A stretch of DNA of 64,000 nucleotides from Lytechinus pictus (GCF_037042905.1 NC_087251.1:31932001-31996000); one strand, 5' to 3'. Shown: positions 35,298 through 50,400, counted from the first letter of the stretch. The notes: generated by a model from the sequence alone, not told the origin. A program made the numbers and translations.

Positions 35298-36591
35298 TGT
35301 AATTAACACGAGAATTGTTTCACTCACTTCTTAGTATCAACTGAAAATTACGGTAATTCAATTGGGAAGGGGTTTGCAAGGACAATACTGCAACTCACAT
35401 GTTCATGTGGATTCATTCATTGCAGTCATGACTTATGTTGACACAAGTTGAATTTTACATCACTGCAAAGAAATATACGATTATCCAAGGTATCAGATTA
35501 TTTGGGAGAATTCTTTTCAGCGGTACAGGAGTTATGTGTCCATGATACATTTTCCCATTAAATTGACAATTTTGCTGACTCACTCGGTATACATATAATA
35601 TTGTTGTCTAAGACGGACATATGGAGGGTTTCAATACAAAGTCGGTTTTCAGGAAAGTCGTTAATTTTGTACCAATTATTTGCATTGTATTGATAACAAT
35701 CAATGTGTTGTTTCTGAACAAAGATTTCATTAACAAATATTACTGAAGTAAAAACTAAAAAGATTTAAAAACAAAGAAATATGTAAGAATTCCAAAACAA
35801 GCTTAATGAAACAATATTAATAATAGTTCCATTTATATAGCGCTTTTTGTCTCCCTGATTGTCAGACTGTCTGAATATTGACTGAATTTTTAGTGAAAAA
35901 CTTGAGATTTTCAACATCTCCCTGATTCATACATAGATTTCTTTCATTGGATTGTCGTGTAATTGAGAAAGATCTCGGTAAATTCTCCCTGAAAGTTGAA
36001 TATTATAGTTGGTATTGGTAGCTCTGTGATCATTTGGCAGAATGGATGGGAAAGCAATTGCATAATTATAAATTATCATCAACATTAACGTCAACATCAT
36101 CATTATCATCATCACTATTTATAGCATTACCACTAGTCATAACTTGGTTATTTTTCTTCACCGTTGTGCTTATTTATGTATTGCATCTATCAAATCTACT
36201 TAATCACAGGGTACGGTGACCCTTACAGGCTTGAGTCATTTGTTCAGGGGAATGTACACACACATACAATAATGCACAAAACATGGAAGCCTTCCTGATG
36301 CAATCGAGTATTTTATTTTAATTACAAATATGTACATTACCGAAATCATGATTTCATTTTTGACAAGGGTCTACAAATTACCAAAGGTCAAATATTTGTC
36401 ATTACTTCAACAGAAGAAATGATTTTAATAGTCACTGTGAGGATGTAAATGAAATAAACATATTTAAGGTAATATGAAAAAAAGAAAATTGAAACCAAAA
36501 GGCAAATTGATAATGATAATATGTCCATATATATGGCACAGTTACTAACTATGTGCATATACTCAACTGCGCTTTTGATACTTGGTATCAT

Positions 36592-36806
36592 ATTATTACC
36601 CCGGCTGTAGCTGAGCCGCCATATTAATAGGCGCTAAAGCGTTCAAGGAATAAATCCTACCGGGTACCCATTCACCTCACCTGGGTCGAGTGCAGCACAA
36701 TGTGGATAAATTTCTTGCCGAAGGAAATTACGCCATGGCTGGGATTCGAACCCACGACCCTCTGTTTCAAAGTCCGAAGACTAATCCACTGGGCCATAAC
36801 GCTCCA
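36592..36806 (-). mobile_element. tRNA-derived SINE
   Basis: Minus-strand B box GGTTCGAATCCC (36741-52), A-box-like TGGCCCAGTGG, core cactcgacccaggtgaggtgaatgggtacccgg shared with the 44205, 53168 and 59342 copies. Confidence 0.8.
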
Positions 36807-37307
36807 CCTGGATGTACCTGGAATGTACTGTACTGTGCTGTACTGTACTACGGAGCCAAGAAAGTGACATGTTTCAACAACTGTTTCATTGACAAATTGC
36901 TCCTACAACTTGCTTAACTCATTCTGTGACTAACTTGATCCCATGAATTTTAAACTTGTTTGCTCATTAATGCGTGAAGTGTTCATCTCATATTAGGTAT
37001 CAAAATAAAGAGGAATAATTGAATAATATGAATATAATTAATTTGCGTTTGAATTAAATAGACATGGAAATCCTGGTTTCCTTTTTTCTGGGACGCACTA
37101 TAGAGGAAGGCGGGATGAGATGAGCCATTTTTGCTTTTAGCATGTTAGGACTGATCTGACTAATAATCTTGTAGAAATAAGTACCTTGCCTTACAATGTA
37201 ATTCTTGGGAAACATTACCTATATCATGAAACTTTCTACCCCCACACTAAAAGGCACTGTCACCTTTGAAACAAAAGATGTCAAATGGCTCTACTTGCCC
37301 AAACAAT

Positions 37308-37908
37308 GGGGTAAGGTAAATTGAGCCACAAAAACTATGTACACAAGCTATGGGGCAAGAACCAGTGTGACAATGTTTTATTTAAGAGTCTTTTCACTTG
37401 CTAATTCTCTATAAATACTAGCATCCTCTAAAAGTAAAACAACTGTCTTGTTAATTTGGTCCCTTCTGCCTGCATATCAAAGGCCTTTTAAGGTTTGTTT
37501 TTATATACATTACCATATTAATTACCATGGCTCAACTTGCCCCATGTTGGCTGGCTCAACCTACCCCAGTCCGAACTTCATGGGATATTTTCACATCCAC
37601 ACATTTTTTATGCACCCATCATGTAAATGACAAGAATGAGGATCCATATCGGACTAACAATATTGTCATCTTATGTCCTTATTATATTTTAACATGCACT
37701 TGGGTTTAATGCACTTATCTATTTCACACTTTCTTACTTTTTTGGCTGAAATTTGTATTTTTCCCTCCGAAAAACTACTTTCTGTTTCAATGATGAAAAC
37801 AATGAAGTGGGGTTAGGGTTATGCAATGGGTCATCAATATATGGCACCACCACGACTCATTCATTATCTGCCTGGGGGTGGTGGCTCAACTTACCCTACC
37901 TTCCCCTA
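37308..37908. mobile_element. Degenerate MITE (pogo/Tigger-like ends, tentative)
   Basis: ggggtaaggtaaattgagccac ... gtggctcaacttaccctaccttcccct; internal tggctcaac repeats. Confidence 0.5.
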
Positions 37909-38497
37909 GACAAGTAATGATTTGGAATAGCAATAGATGGATGGGTGGGAGGGGGGGGGGGGGTTACTTCAAAGTTGAAGACAGGCTTCACTCTAATTGT
38001 TATATCATGCCTTGCTTAGGGTTTCAACCCTAATGCCCATAAAATTATACAAAGATTTAAAATAATTTACCAAATATCAATATACCAATATAAAGATTCA
38101 TATCAACGTACATAGGTTGGTATTAATGTATCTGTTCTATGAAAAATGCCTAATGGAGACTGTGACAGACGTTTCATTAAGTAACAATGTATACAATTAC
38201 TACCAAGTAGTAATTCTGTCTTTTACTACTTCTAGCACTTGATCAATGTGTAAACTTATAACCTTATACATGAATAATACTAGACAAAGTACAGCAAATT
38301 AAGCCATTGTCGTTCAAATGTCCACCAAGGGAAAGACGTGTGGTCTCCATAGACTTAGACAAGTGTTGTTCTTTCCCCTGTAAAGTTGTTTGATAAGGCA
38401 GGTTAAACAATGGTAATACATGAAGTTGAATGCAAAGTAGTTACTACAGTTCAGATGTTGTAAATAGAGAAGCAATCAAGATTCATTAAGGACCTTG

Positions 38498-41400
38498 CTA
38501 CTTCCTCCTTGAGCTACGACGTACACCCGCAGCAGGAGGAGTTGGCGCTGCCTTAGCGCCCCTCCCTCGTCCTCTTCCTCTACCTGCTTTTACTGGCGTA
38601 GCCTCTTCTGGCGCCGCCTCTTCTGGCGCCTTGGTTTTCTCTTCTTCTGTTTCATCTTTGGTTGGTGTACCCCCACCGACAGGCGTTTCTTCCGTCTCTG
38701 TGCTTGCTTCCTCGGGCTTCTCTTCGGCCTTGATAGCTTGTTGCACTCTCTCTTGTTCTTCTGCTTCCCGTTTCTCTGCTTCCTCCTTCCTCACCTGCTC
38801 TTCTACTGCAGCCAAGGCCTCTTGTGTTTCCTTCTCCAACCTTTCTTGCCTTAGTCTCTCCTCCTCTTCCTCCTTTTCCTTCTGTCTCTTCTCTTCTGCC
38901 TCTCTCCTCTCCTGTTCCTCCCTCTCTTTCACTGGATCGGTTTCGAGAACTTTCATGATTGCCTTGGGAACATGGGCTTGCTGTAATAAAGGAAAGAAGA
39001 AAAATAATCCCACAATTAATGACATCAAAACAAATGACGTACACTTATTTCTTGTTACAATTTTATTCAATTTCCTTTGAAAGGCATCAATACAACATCT
39101 AATGCACATTTTAACTGTGCATTGGTGTATTTCAAAGACTTAAGATTCCTAGTTGCATGTAAAATATGGCATATCACTACAATGGTCATATTATTATTTA
39201 GGACAGACAATGACTGGGAGTCATCGATTTGATTCTTTAAAGTAAACTTCAGTCAGCGCTTACATCTCACTCAATAAACTTTAACTTAAATCTTTTTAAC
39301 ATCTCTATCTTTGACAAGTCAAACAGATTTCTATGGTCCAAATAGAATTGACTTGGGCAAAGGTAACTATATCTATATTGAAAATGATTTAAATAAATCC
39401 CTTAGCGAAGCAAAATACTTGGTTAGCCAATTATTGTATTAAATCAGAAATTATACTTTTCCAATCAAACTAGGGAACTGTCCATCGTTAACACCTTATC
39501 ATGTTGTAGGGACAGTGACTTTCCGTTAACGGGGAAATCAGTTTTGGTTCTTTACTTGTCATGCGAAAATTAATTGACCTTACCTTTGCAAAACAGAATT
39601 CATGTTTTTTCTGTTTACATTTTCTATGAAAAAAATGGAATGCCCATCTCAGAATGGGTTTGAAACAGAATTACAGGTTTCCAGAAATGGAAAAGACCAC
39701 CTTTTTTCAACTTTTCAACAGAAAATCACTGTCTGCAGTGTAAGACGGAATGATTTTCCTACGTTTGTACCAAACATAAATTGGCATTCCTGAATACAGC
39801 CAAGGACCCAGCTTATACGAAGATTTACCTGATGGGAAGAGAAGTTTTGTACATGAGCCAAGAGCTTGACTCTCATGTCCTTGCTCATATCAAATACTTG
39901 AGCCAGCTGAGGTGGGGGAAGCTGTAGAAGTACTTGGAAAGACTGAGGTATCGTTCGCTGTAGTGGGAAATTACAGAAGAGTAATCATCATGAACAGTGT
40001 GATTATCATGTCAGTTTATCAAGATTTTAAGACCATTCACTCCCTAGAAATGAAAAATGAACAAGTGGTTTAAAGTTTTTCATCTGTACAAAGAAATTGG
40101 AACATATGATTAAGGCAGGTTATCTACTAAACGCCGTCAGAATGGATTATTCAAGACAGATGGTGCTATATATATGCCCATTATTATTATGACTACCAGT
40201 ACATTAAAGACATATATAACAAATAAACAAAGTCACTGCCTGTATGTATGAGTGGAAGAAAAAGCGCCTTCAGCATGTTTCACGAAGATTTAAGTCAGAC
40301 TAAAAATCACACTTTAGATACCAAATTGCAAGTGGTTTAAAAAACTTAATCACATTGGCCTGATCTTGTGCACGAATCGTGGACCAGAAGTGCATATCCA
40401 TCAATCAGATTATGCGTTAAATAACACGTGCAAGGATTAGTAAGGAGGATAACTATGTTATGTTAGATTGGTTCATTCTCATTAATCAATGCCATTGATG
40501 TATACTTGGTATTTGTATGTATTGTTTAACCATTAAGGAGAAACCTGAGGAAGGGCTATAAAGTAAAAAAAAACAACCTAAAAATAAAAATGTGTGCGTT
40601 GGCTAGACTATAAGTCACACTTGATTCTTTGTGAAAAGATTTCCCAGCTTTCAATACTGAAATTGCAATCCCACGATGGTATTTCTCACCTCACAACACT
40701 TGACGAATCCTTCCCAGAGTTTGGGTGTCTTCCACACCTGTTTGTTGATGAGTCTTAGTAAGAGGTTCATGATGAACCCTTTGAGTTTGGGATACATGGA
40801 CAGAGACTGGATTATGGTACGGAGGAGCAAGGTTGGTAGCGGGGTTTGTTCCATCAGCTGCTGCATCACCACCGCTAACACCTCACCCGTGTAGATTGAT
40901 TTCTCACTGAAACACAGGCTGGTCGCTGTGGAGAAAAAATAAAAAAATGATTGACAACTACCTGGGGAGAATTTCATCAATACTTTCCTTGATTTTGATT
41001 GGCTGAGAAGCACTGTTAATGTTGCAACTGTTGGATTGAACATCTGACAAGTCCTTTCATGAAATGCTCCCCTGATAATATAAATCTAATTTGTTACCGA
41101 GATATACAATGCCCTGCAAAATTCTGAGAGAAAAAAAATCATTAGGAATCGTTGTTTGATACTTGAAATGATTCCATATCTTTTTGTAACAAGGCCCTGA
41201 ACTAACACTAGAGAAAGTGATTCAATCAAAGATTCACAACATTTTCACTGCTTCTTTTTGATATCACTTTCAAATTTGCTGTACCTTTCGTTACAAATAC
41301 TTGGAAAATTTGAAAATGAACAGATTGTCTAATATGCATCGAGTTCTGAGAAGCTGTTTAGCCTTTTAGCCTTTAACCAATGACTTGCACTGTTCGGCTT

Positions 41401-44400
41401 TTTCTTGAACCGAAAATGTAATTTCCATTTACCTCATATGGTCCTTACCTTTGATAATAGATTTCATATCACACTTTGAAGGATCAATGTTATGAAGAGC
41501 AACGAGAAGCTCGGCTGGGGTCAAAGGGCTCTGACCCCCGCTACTCTCTGCTTGATGGCTCATGAGAAGTCTATGAAATACTTCCTTCACAACAATGGGG
41601 TTCAGACGGATTAACTTGGGCATGGCAGATATCACGTCTTTCTACAAGGGCAACAAGGAATTGATAAACCAACTATTAATTCACAGAAAATTGGTGTTAT
41701 TACAAGATATTATCCTCCTATAAAAGGTTTTTCAATTTGATTCTGTTTTTTCGAGAAACAACATACATGTACAGGTATATTCCAAAATGAGTGTTTCAAC
41801 CAATCCCATGGGAAATTACTGTGAGCAAGATAATTCTGTTACCAACATATTCAGAGTTTGTACGCTAATTCAATGTTTAATAGAGGAAATCTGATCTAAA
41901 TATAGAGTCAAATTATCTGCCTTGGATACACACATAGTTGTGCAAGGTCATCCTTATTGCGGAAATTTGAAAAGGCTCAAACAGTCAATCAATCTCTGAT
42001 GGGCAAAGGGGGTGGAATTTACATGTGAATGACCAGGATATTGCTGGCCAAAGATGCATTGATTATTGACTATATTGCACCTCCATTTTGTTGATGAATA
42101 ATTCATCCACGAAATGAGCAAAAATATTCATAACGTTTAAGCCTGCCATTGTCTAACAAATGACTACCAAGAAACAGAAGTCTATGATAAGACTGCTTTG
42201 CAGGTCTTACCAAAAAGTATACTCTTGAGTCTTAGATATATTTTAATTTCATAATAATATCAAATTCCTGTTCATCCAAGAACAATATCAAGAGAGCCAT
42301 GTAACAAAATATAATACCATCAATTGTAAGACTTATTTGTAATGGTAATTCTATGGAAACTATGTACAAAAATAACAATTGATTATTACATTTAAAAGCA
42401 CATCATGAGTCAATGCATGAAGCAATTCAGTGAAGTATCTAACCTTTTCAAGCCCAGTTAACACTGGGATTAGGAATCTCACATCCGATACTCTCTTGTG
42501 ATACAAATCCTTAACTCTCTTTACAAGTTCAATAGATGGTGGAGCTAAAGAGAAAATTAAATATAAAGTATGAAAACAGTGATTCAACTTACAATTCTAG
42601 TTAACACATAAGTTCTCAAGAATTTTTCAGTAAGAAGAAATTTTACTGCATCCAATAATCATCTCAAATCATTCTTTATTCAATTCTGTATACATAGGCC
42701 TATATATGAGTGAAACCACAAAATGTCAAAACTTCCAACTTTCTCAATGTTTTCCATTACAATACATGAGCAGCTAGAGTTTAGCTTTATGTTTATTCTT
42801 ATTGTGGTTTGAGTTTGCCAAGTGAATTTACATTAGAACGTTCAATATCATGTGAAAATTTCAGTATGAACGGTGAAAAACATGAGATCTCATCCAGTTT
42901 GGAGTTTGCATTTATTTTTGATTTGGGCAATGGCAGTGAGACCCAGGGTCCATTTCATAAAACTTGTTAGATAAGAATAATAAATTTACAATAACAGTTA
43001 CAAACTACTGAAATCCTTTAATCTGATTGGCTGATATATAATGTGTTATAGAAATCATGCATTTCTTATTATAACAAGTCTTTATGACACGGGACCCTAG
43101 TTTACAAACATAGCAGTGATGACCCACCACCACCGACACCACATAAGGAACTTACTTTTATCTGTTAGGATATGCATCATTCTTGTTACGAGTGTCTCAG
43201 CTCCTTTAGGACAGGTCTCTACTAAAAGAAGTAGCTCTGGAGAAGACATACCTACACCTCGTACCTGATCAAATTAATAAGAAAGCATAATCATAACAAG
43301 TCATGTCACTTGTATATAACATAACCACAATATTGGCTTTTTTTCAAAGGCTATAAAGAGATAGAATTTGAACTTTGGTGTGTATGGTCTGTGGTTGAAT
43401 ACCGCACGGTAAAAACATGGTCAAATTTCAACCCACCTCAGTAAATCCCTATCTCCATTATTTTTTATTCAGATTTCATGAATAACTCAACAAACCAGAG
43501 TTTGGACTATGATTAACCTGAAATAACGAACAGACTGTGTATAATAATTTCTAAAGTGGAGATTTATGTAACAAATTGTGTGTGGTAATTCCAAACTGCG
43601 GTGCCAAGCTGCTGCTGCTTGACCATCTTGATATGGGGCTACGGTTGGGTGAGGCATATAAATTCCTAGTATGTTTATGAGTTTTGTGATTCCTGCAGGT
43701 CTAAATGAATTCACTGCAAACATGTCTATGTTAACTGTGGAAATCTTTCAAAATTCACAGGGATATTACACTCTGGGTTTTCCAATTTACTATCAGGTCT
43801 TATTTTCAAGGGAAAAACCCCAAGAAAGCTGACATGATAGTGTAACTCTGAATGTTTGGACTTCAACTTACCGGTGTTTCTAAGACTCTTAGTACAGTTC
43901 TCTTGATATCAGCTGTGGCAGCTACATATACATTAGCTAGTCTGAAATAAAAACATAAACCTTTATTACTATGATATTCAATGGTTGTAATATAATGCTG
44001 TCTGATCTACACACATATTTGAGGAGTGCTAAGTTTAGCTTCAGTTTCACCATCTGCCTATGAAGTAACACCACCTTTCATATGTGTAATAACCTAGCCG
44101 TGTTGGAAATGAAAGTTACGACCATTTAAAAAAAGTTCTTTTAAATAACGATAATAGTCTTGGAAAATCTCTTTCATATAAAATAAAATATATTTCAGTT
44201 CATGGTATTTCGGGGTCTAGTGGTTATGACTCTCGTTTTTCAATCAGGACATTGGTTCGATTCCTTCAGCAAGAAATTCAACCCAACTTGTGCTGCACTC
44301 ATCCCAGGTGAGGTGAATGGATACCCAGAAGGAAAAAATCCTTGAATGCTTAAGTGCCTATAGGTAGCTGAGTTAAAGCCACGGTAATAATAATAATAGC

Positions 44401-47400
44401 AGGGCCTGCTGGGAAAACAGTTTTCGGAACTGAAGTGGCTACCCTGGGTAAATATACCATTATTATAATTATTCCAACCTCTCGATATAAAAGCATAACA
44501 CCATCCTTCCTCTTGTATTCAAATCAACATGAAGTCCTATAAATTGCAGTGCAGAAGGATATAATAATAAAACTTACTCATGAATGAGTTTGTGATTAAC
44601 GGGCAGAAGAGCTAGGTAGAGATAAAGACACATCTTAGTAGTCTCTTCTGTCCAGGCTTTCGCAGCAACGGCTTGCATCTCCTGATCAGCTAGACACAAG
44701 ACAAGGGATGCTGGTGGTCTGCTCAGCAGCAGCTTACGCAGGAATGATGTAGCAAACTCCTAGGGTAGGATCAAAGCAACAAACAACTGGGATGAGATTC
44801 CCATATGTTTCCACAGTTTCAAAACAAAGTGTGCCTGGTATTCCAAATAAGCCAAATTTCACAGCAGCAAAAACAAATTTGTCAACAAAAATATTAATCA
44901 ATTTAGCACAAACATCCTTGTTGAGCAACTTGAAAATGACTTACCTCTATGAGTGGTTTAAGATCAGCTCTGTCATAGAATCTCTTGATGTACTGGATGG
45001 CCTGAGACCTGACTTCAGTTCTCTCATGTTGGGTCAAGTCAAGCAGCTCCTTCACGTACTTCTCCAAGTCCGCCGGTTTCTTCAGAATCAGCTCTCGTAG
45101 GGCATGCATACCAGCATAAAAGTGGGTCTGAAACACGGACAAAAACACATTTATTATTCAATTAACGGTTACACATGTATTCAAAGCCTTCTGGGGAAAG
45201 TTTCATCAACATTTTTGTCCGAAAAGTTGTCAGATGTGACAACTTTACTTGATTTTGATTGGCTGAGTAGCATTGTCCAATTGTCCAATAAAATGGGAAT
45301 TTCTTGAAATGCTCCCCTGGCTTCTTCATTGTCAAAAAAATAGTTGGTGATATTCACTTGCAAAGTTGTTTTGCTACTAAATTCCTTAAATTCTGATGGC
45401 TGAGAACAACTTTGTCAGTGAAAATGACTAACAATAAGCTCTAGGAAAACACTCCCCTTTTCACATTATGATATACACCTCAACTTAGTAAATTCAAACA
45501 CCTGTACCAAAGTCAATATATAAACATGCTCTAAGATTCTTTCCTGTAATGTGTTCATTTTGAAACAAGATTGAATGAAATATTGAGGATTGAAAAAGTC
45601 AAGGATCTGTATAATTACATCGATATGCCCTATTTTGTTGTGTAAAGATGCGCAAGAACTGCATTTGCGTGGAAGACATCTCAAAATTATCCATCAATAT
45701 GCGCTTAAATTATGGCATCCAAACTATCGCACAAGGCAACTTTTTGCAAGTAAAACACATGGGGATCTCAGCAAAATTTAGATACGCCCATTATCAGATA
45801 GCTACAAGCATCTTTCTTGTTAATTATACATACCGGTTGGCCTTGGGCAGGGAGGCGACTTTAAATTGATTAAAAACATTATCTAGAATGACCCCTTTCC
45901 TACATGAAAAAGGTGTTTTCTATGGCCAAAAATCTGTTGAAAAGTCTGAATTAAGAGGCATCTGTGCTTGGTAATGACCATATTTTATTGTTTTGCAGGC
46001 ATAGATAAAGACATGAGCCCACTTTTGACCAATCAGATGAGTATACAATCATCAACATTCATAGAGATATACTAACCTCATCTTCACAAAACTGTCTAAT
46101 GACTTTAAGAGCATCATCTGTAATGACAGGTGCTTCCATGACAAGTCTGTTGAACAACCTGGAAATAATCATTCACATATAACTTGAGTCAGTCAGTCAA
46201 TTAGCCAATTAGTCAATCAAAAACAAATTGCAATAAGGATTAAAATAAATATCTAAAGCTCAAAAGAAGACCTGTACAAATTCAATAAAATTTCCAACAG
46301 GGTAAAAGGTAATGTTCAGTAGTTGGGAGACTTAATGCTTGACCTTTGCATGGAAGTTAGACAATATTTACATTTTAATCAAGTATCATGCCCATTTACC
46401 TTATATTATAAATATTAAAAATGATGTTTTATGATGGAATGAAAAATTGGCCCATGCTACTACTAGGAACTACAAATAGGCTACTAGGCCTTATGATGAT
46501 AATGATGATAATAATAAATATAATTACAATATTCACAATCTTAAAGTAAGAGTGTTTATTCCGTACCCATCTCTCTGATCTGTCCTGACAAGTAAACTCT
46601 TTAGGAGGTTACAGAGAAGACTATCATATCTCTGCGTTGTTACGTCCTGACCGTGGGTGTGCGGCATGTAACCTTGAATGTTGGAATATTCCTGATACAG
46701 CCAGGCCAAAGCAATATCATTGCGGCTACGAAGGTCCTCTAAGATGTGATTCTCAAGCACTGAAAGGATAAAACAAAGACTTCACAATGAAAGGATGATC
46801 GCGACAAGATGTCTGTAGAGTAATAACTCAGATAAAACATTTAATTGATCAAACAAACCCATATCACCTTGATCAATACTTGGACTGTAACTGTTTGGTT
46901 TTCAGTGTGGTGTCTTCAACCGCGTAGCCAGGATTTCATTTTGGAGGGGGCGGTAAATGCACACGAAGCGTGCCAACACTTACAGAGCGCGCTTCAGGGG
47001 TGGATGCAGGGAGGGGGAGTTTCCCCCGCCCGCGCGAAGCTTTTGGTGTTTCATGAATTAAAATGAAAAGGAGCCGTCTCTCTTGTCTCTAATGCCTATA
47101 TGCAGCTCCAATTCAGACTATATTGTGATTTTGAACCTTTTTCATGAACCTTGTTTTCAAAAGTGATTGTGAACGCACAAAAAAGGAATACAATGGAGGA
47201 AATTAAAATAATAACCCCGCGCGAAGCGCGGTAGTCAAAGCGTCTTATCAATTTTTTTGCCATGAAAAGGGTCTTGAGAAAATGGGTATTCTCAAAGATA
47301 TATTGAATACTTCTCTTGGAAAGATCAGAATTGATTACAAACAATTTAGCGACAGTGCATATCTTTAACTCGCAAAACGGAGGAGAAGTGTATATACCGG

Positions 47401-50400
47401 GAGGAAGATATTCCTCCCCACGCAGAGCAATGAAACTCTGAAAATTCAAAGGGCGGACATTTCATCAAATGCAGATTTCTCTAATACCCCATCGGCTCTA
47501 ATTCAATTGATTTTCTAAGATTATTGAACTTCATTACAAGGAAAATAGTGCGCAAAAAGTTGAAACTTCTGTGATCTATTGAAATTATATAAAAAAAGGA
47601 TGCCTAATTTCTTTGACTTATCCTGAAGCGCTTCATTTTGAATTATAAAGAAACATAAGTGTCATTAAAAATTTCAAACTGAGAGCACAAAACAGGACAG
47701 GAGATGAATGTGCAGGGAAATGACATGAAGTTTAATAGAATTTGATAAAAAAATATTGTACTTTTTTTTATTTAATACGACACAAATTTTATACCTTCCT
47801 CTTTTTAAATCAGGAACCGGTTTGCCCCAAACTTATGGTTGTTTAGTAATGAGCTGAAAAGCGAGAGAAGTTGACTTTATGGAGGTGACGGCAGAAATTG
47901 ATATAAAGATTTTACATGCCCGGAGCTGACACGACCAGAAGTTGCGCGATCAATTTAAAAAAAAGATAACTTCATATACTTCGGCCTAACCTTACTCTAA
48001 TTCCATGCCCTAACGTATACATTTGAACTTTAACTGGCAAGAAACACATATAGCTGAGGTGAAAAACAGGGTTAGAGAAAGGGTGGGGGAAACAATGGAG
48101 AACTTCAATATTGTCATTTAACTGCGCGCAGCGCGGAAGAAAAATTCATATATAAATTTAGAGCAAGAGACAAGGAGTTTCTCTTTTGAGAAAAAGAAAT
48201 AAAGAATAAAAAGACAAAGCTACCTTTCTTCCCTTTTACTTTTCTCCTCTCTTTTTTCCCTTCTTTTTTTTCTTTTTGGGGACGTTTTTTTTGGGGGGGC
48301 GACTGCCCCCACCGCCCCCCCCCCCTGGCTACGCGCCTGGGTGTCTTGTCAAGCTGTGGTGATTTATTGATAATGCGCGGTTTATTGATAATGGTGAAAT
48401 AAAGCATCAATTGACCCTTGTAATGTTTGACTCTTTCACCCTTTTGAATGTTAACATTTAAAGCTTTCATATTTCACTTGTAATAAAAAAACTATCAAAG
48501 GAAAATTCTTTTTTCTTCTACTTTCAGATATAATATGATGGAAAATGAGTCATCCCAAAGAGATTCAAACAGCCACAACATTCAAATTTCATAATTCATG
48601 ACCTTTGTAACTTCTTGGTGCAGACACACTACAGGGTTCGAATTAAGAATTCAAAGGAATGTCAAGAAAGGTTGCAATTGAAATAAGATGAATATTACTC
48701 ACATTGAGAGAGGTTACCTCCAAACTGGGTTACAAGTGCAGATAGAATCTTTGTTCTTGTTTTTGCCGCTGGACCATGGCCTACAGCTTCTAAAATATTA
48801 ATATAAGCCGGATGACAAATAACTTAGTAAGACACACACACAAATCATATGATTTAAGTGAAACCAATTATTTCTTATTCATTTCTACTAGTAATCATTT
48901 AAAGGAGAATGAAACCCTTGAAACCATCTGAATCCATATAAAAGAGAAAAATCAAAGAAACATATTGTTGAAAGTTTGAGGAAGATTGAATGAATAATAA
49001 GAAAGTTATGAGCATTTGAATATTGAGATCACTAATGCCATGTAGATCCTCCCATTGGCAATGCGACCAAGATCTGTGATGTCACACACGTACAACTCCC
49101 TCATTACTTTAGTACTTATTTCACTTATATTCTCACTTTTATAGAGTCTATCACAAGGTGAGGTGTTCTCTTTATGAGAGGACAAGTACAGAGGTTTCAC
49201 AACATTATATCATTGATGAATCGTTTGTCATATGATTAGAATGAGCAAAAAGAGATGTTTTGGGGTATATTTTCAGTGTCCAAAACTGGACAACTCTCCC
49301 CTTTTGGACACTGAAAATGTACCCCAAAACATCTCTTTTTGCTCATTATAATCATATGACAAACGATTCATCATTGATATAATGTTGTGAAACCTCTGTA
49401 CTTGTCCTCTCATAAAGAGAACACCTCACCTTGTGATAGACTCTATAAAAGTGAGAATATAAGTGAAATAAGTACTGAAGTAATGAGGGAGTTGTACGTG
49501 TGTGACATCACAGATCTTGGTTGCATTGCCAATGGGAGGATCTACATGGCATTAGTGATCTCAATTTTCAAATGCTCATAACTTTCTTATTATTCATTCA
49601 ATCTTCCTCAAACTTTCAACAATATGTTTCTTTGATTTTTCTCTTTGATATGGATTCAGCTGGTTTCAAGGGTTTCATTCTCCTTTAATAACGTTAATGG
49701 ACTTTTATACAGGAGGAGACAAGAATATGTTAAAATGAATTGTTAATATCATTGTAAATTAAAGAGAGAGGCTCGAAGTCATTTGATTTTCTTCAACAGA
49801 ATAATATTGAAGATTCAAGAACGGAGAGCTTGTTCAGAAAGTTGTTGTTCTTCAGCTATCACATGGAGATATTTCAATCTCTATAATACTCTTTTTGCTC
49901 TCATAAACCCCAACATATGCATACATGAGTCAAGTTTGAAGTTGATCTCTCATACAGTAATTCAGTAACTGTGAGAACCATGTATACAATGAATTCTGTG
50001 ACCTCTGACCTTATGACTCCAAAATCTATTCAGATCATGGTCACTCCCATATCAATACTTGGACCAAGTTTGAAGTTGCTACATCAGATGGTTCTTTAGT
50101 TATCGTGAGAGCAAATAAATGATGGACTGAAAATATAATGCGTTTAGCAATGACCTACAGTAAGTGGAGGCAGTTAGTCATCCATGCTTTAAATCCAGTT
50201 TGGTCCCTGAATAAGGGGGTGGTCGGTTTTACCCTGCGCTGGGTGAATCCAGATAAAAATTAAAATAAGATTTTGGGAAGTGATGTTATGCCTACTTTCT
50301 GCAGCTATGATCCTCCTGACAGCACCATGGGCCAGTTTATCTGCATCATCCTTGGACAGGAGATGCGTGACCTCTCGAAGTTTGAAATGTTTGGGTCGTT

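Noticed and set aside
38631..39080. 149-aa Ser-rich + strand ORF and 130-aa alternative-frame ORF
   Set aside because: Antisense and frame shadows of the Glu/Lys-rich last Symplekin exon.
49006..49581. Two near-identical 64-aa ORFs on opposite strands
   Set aside because: Artefact of the palindromic MITE.
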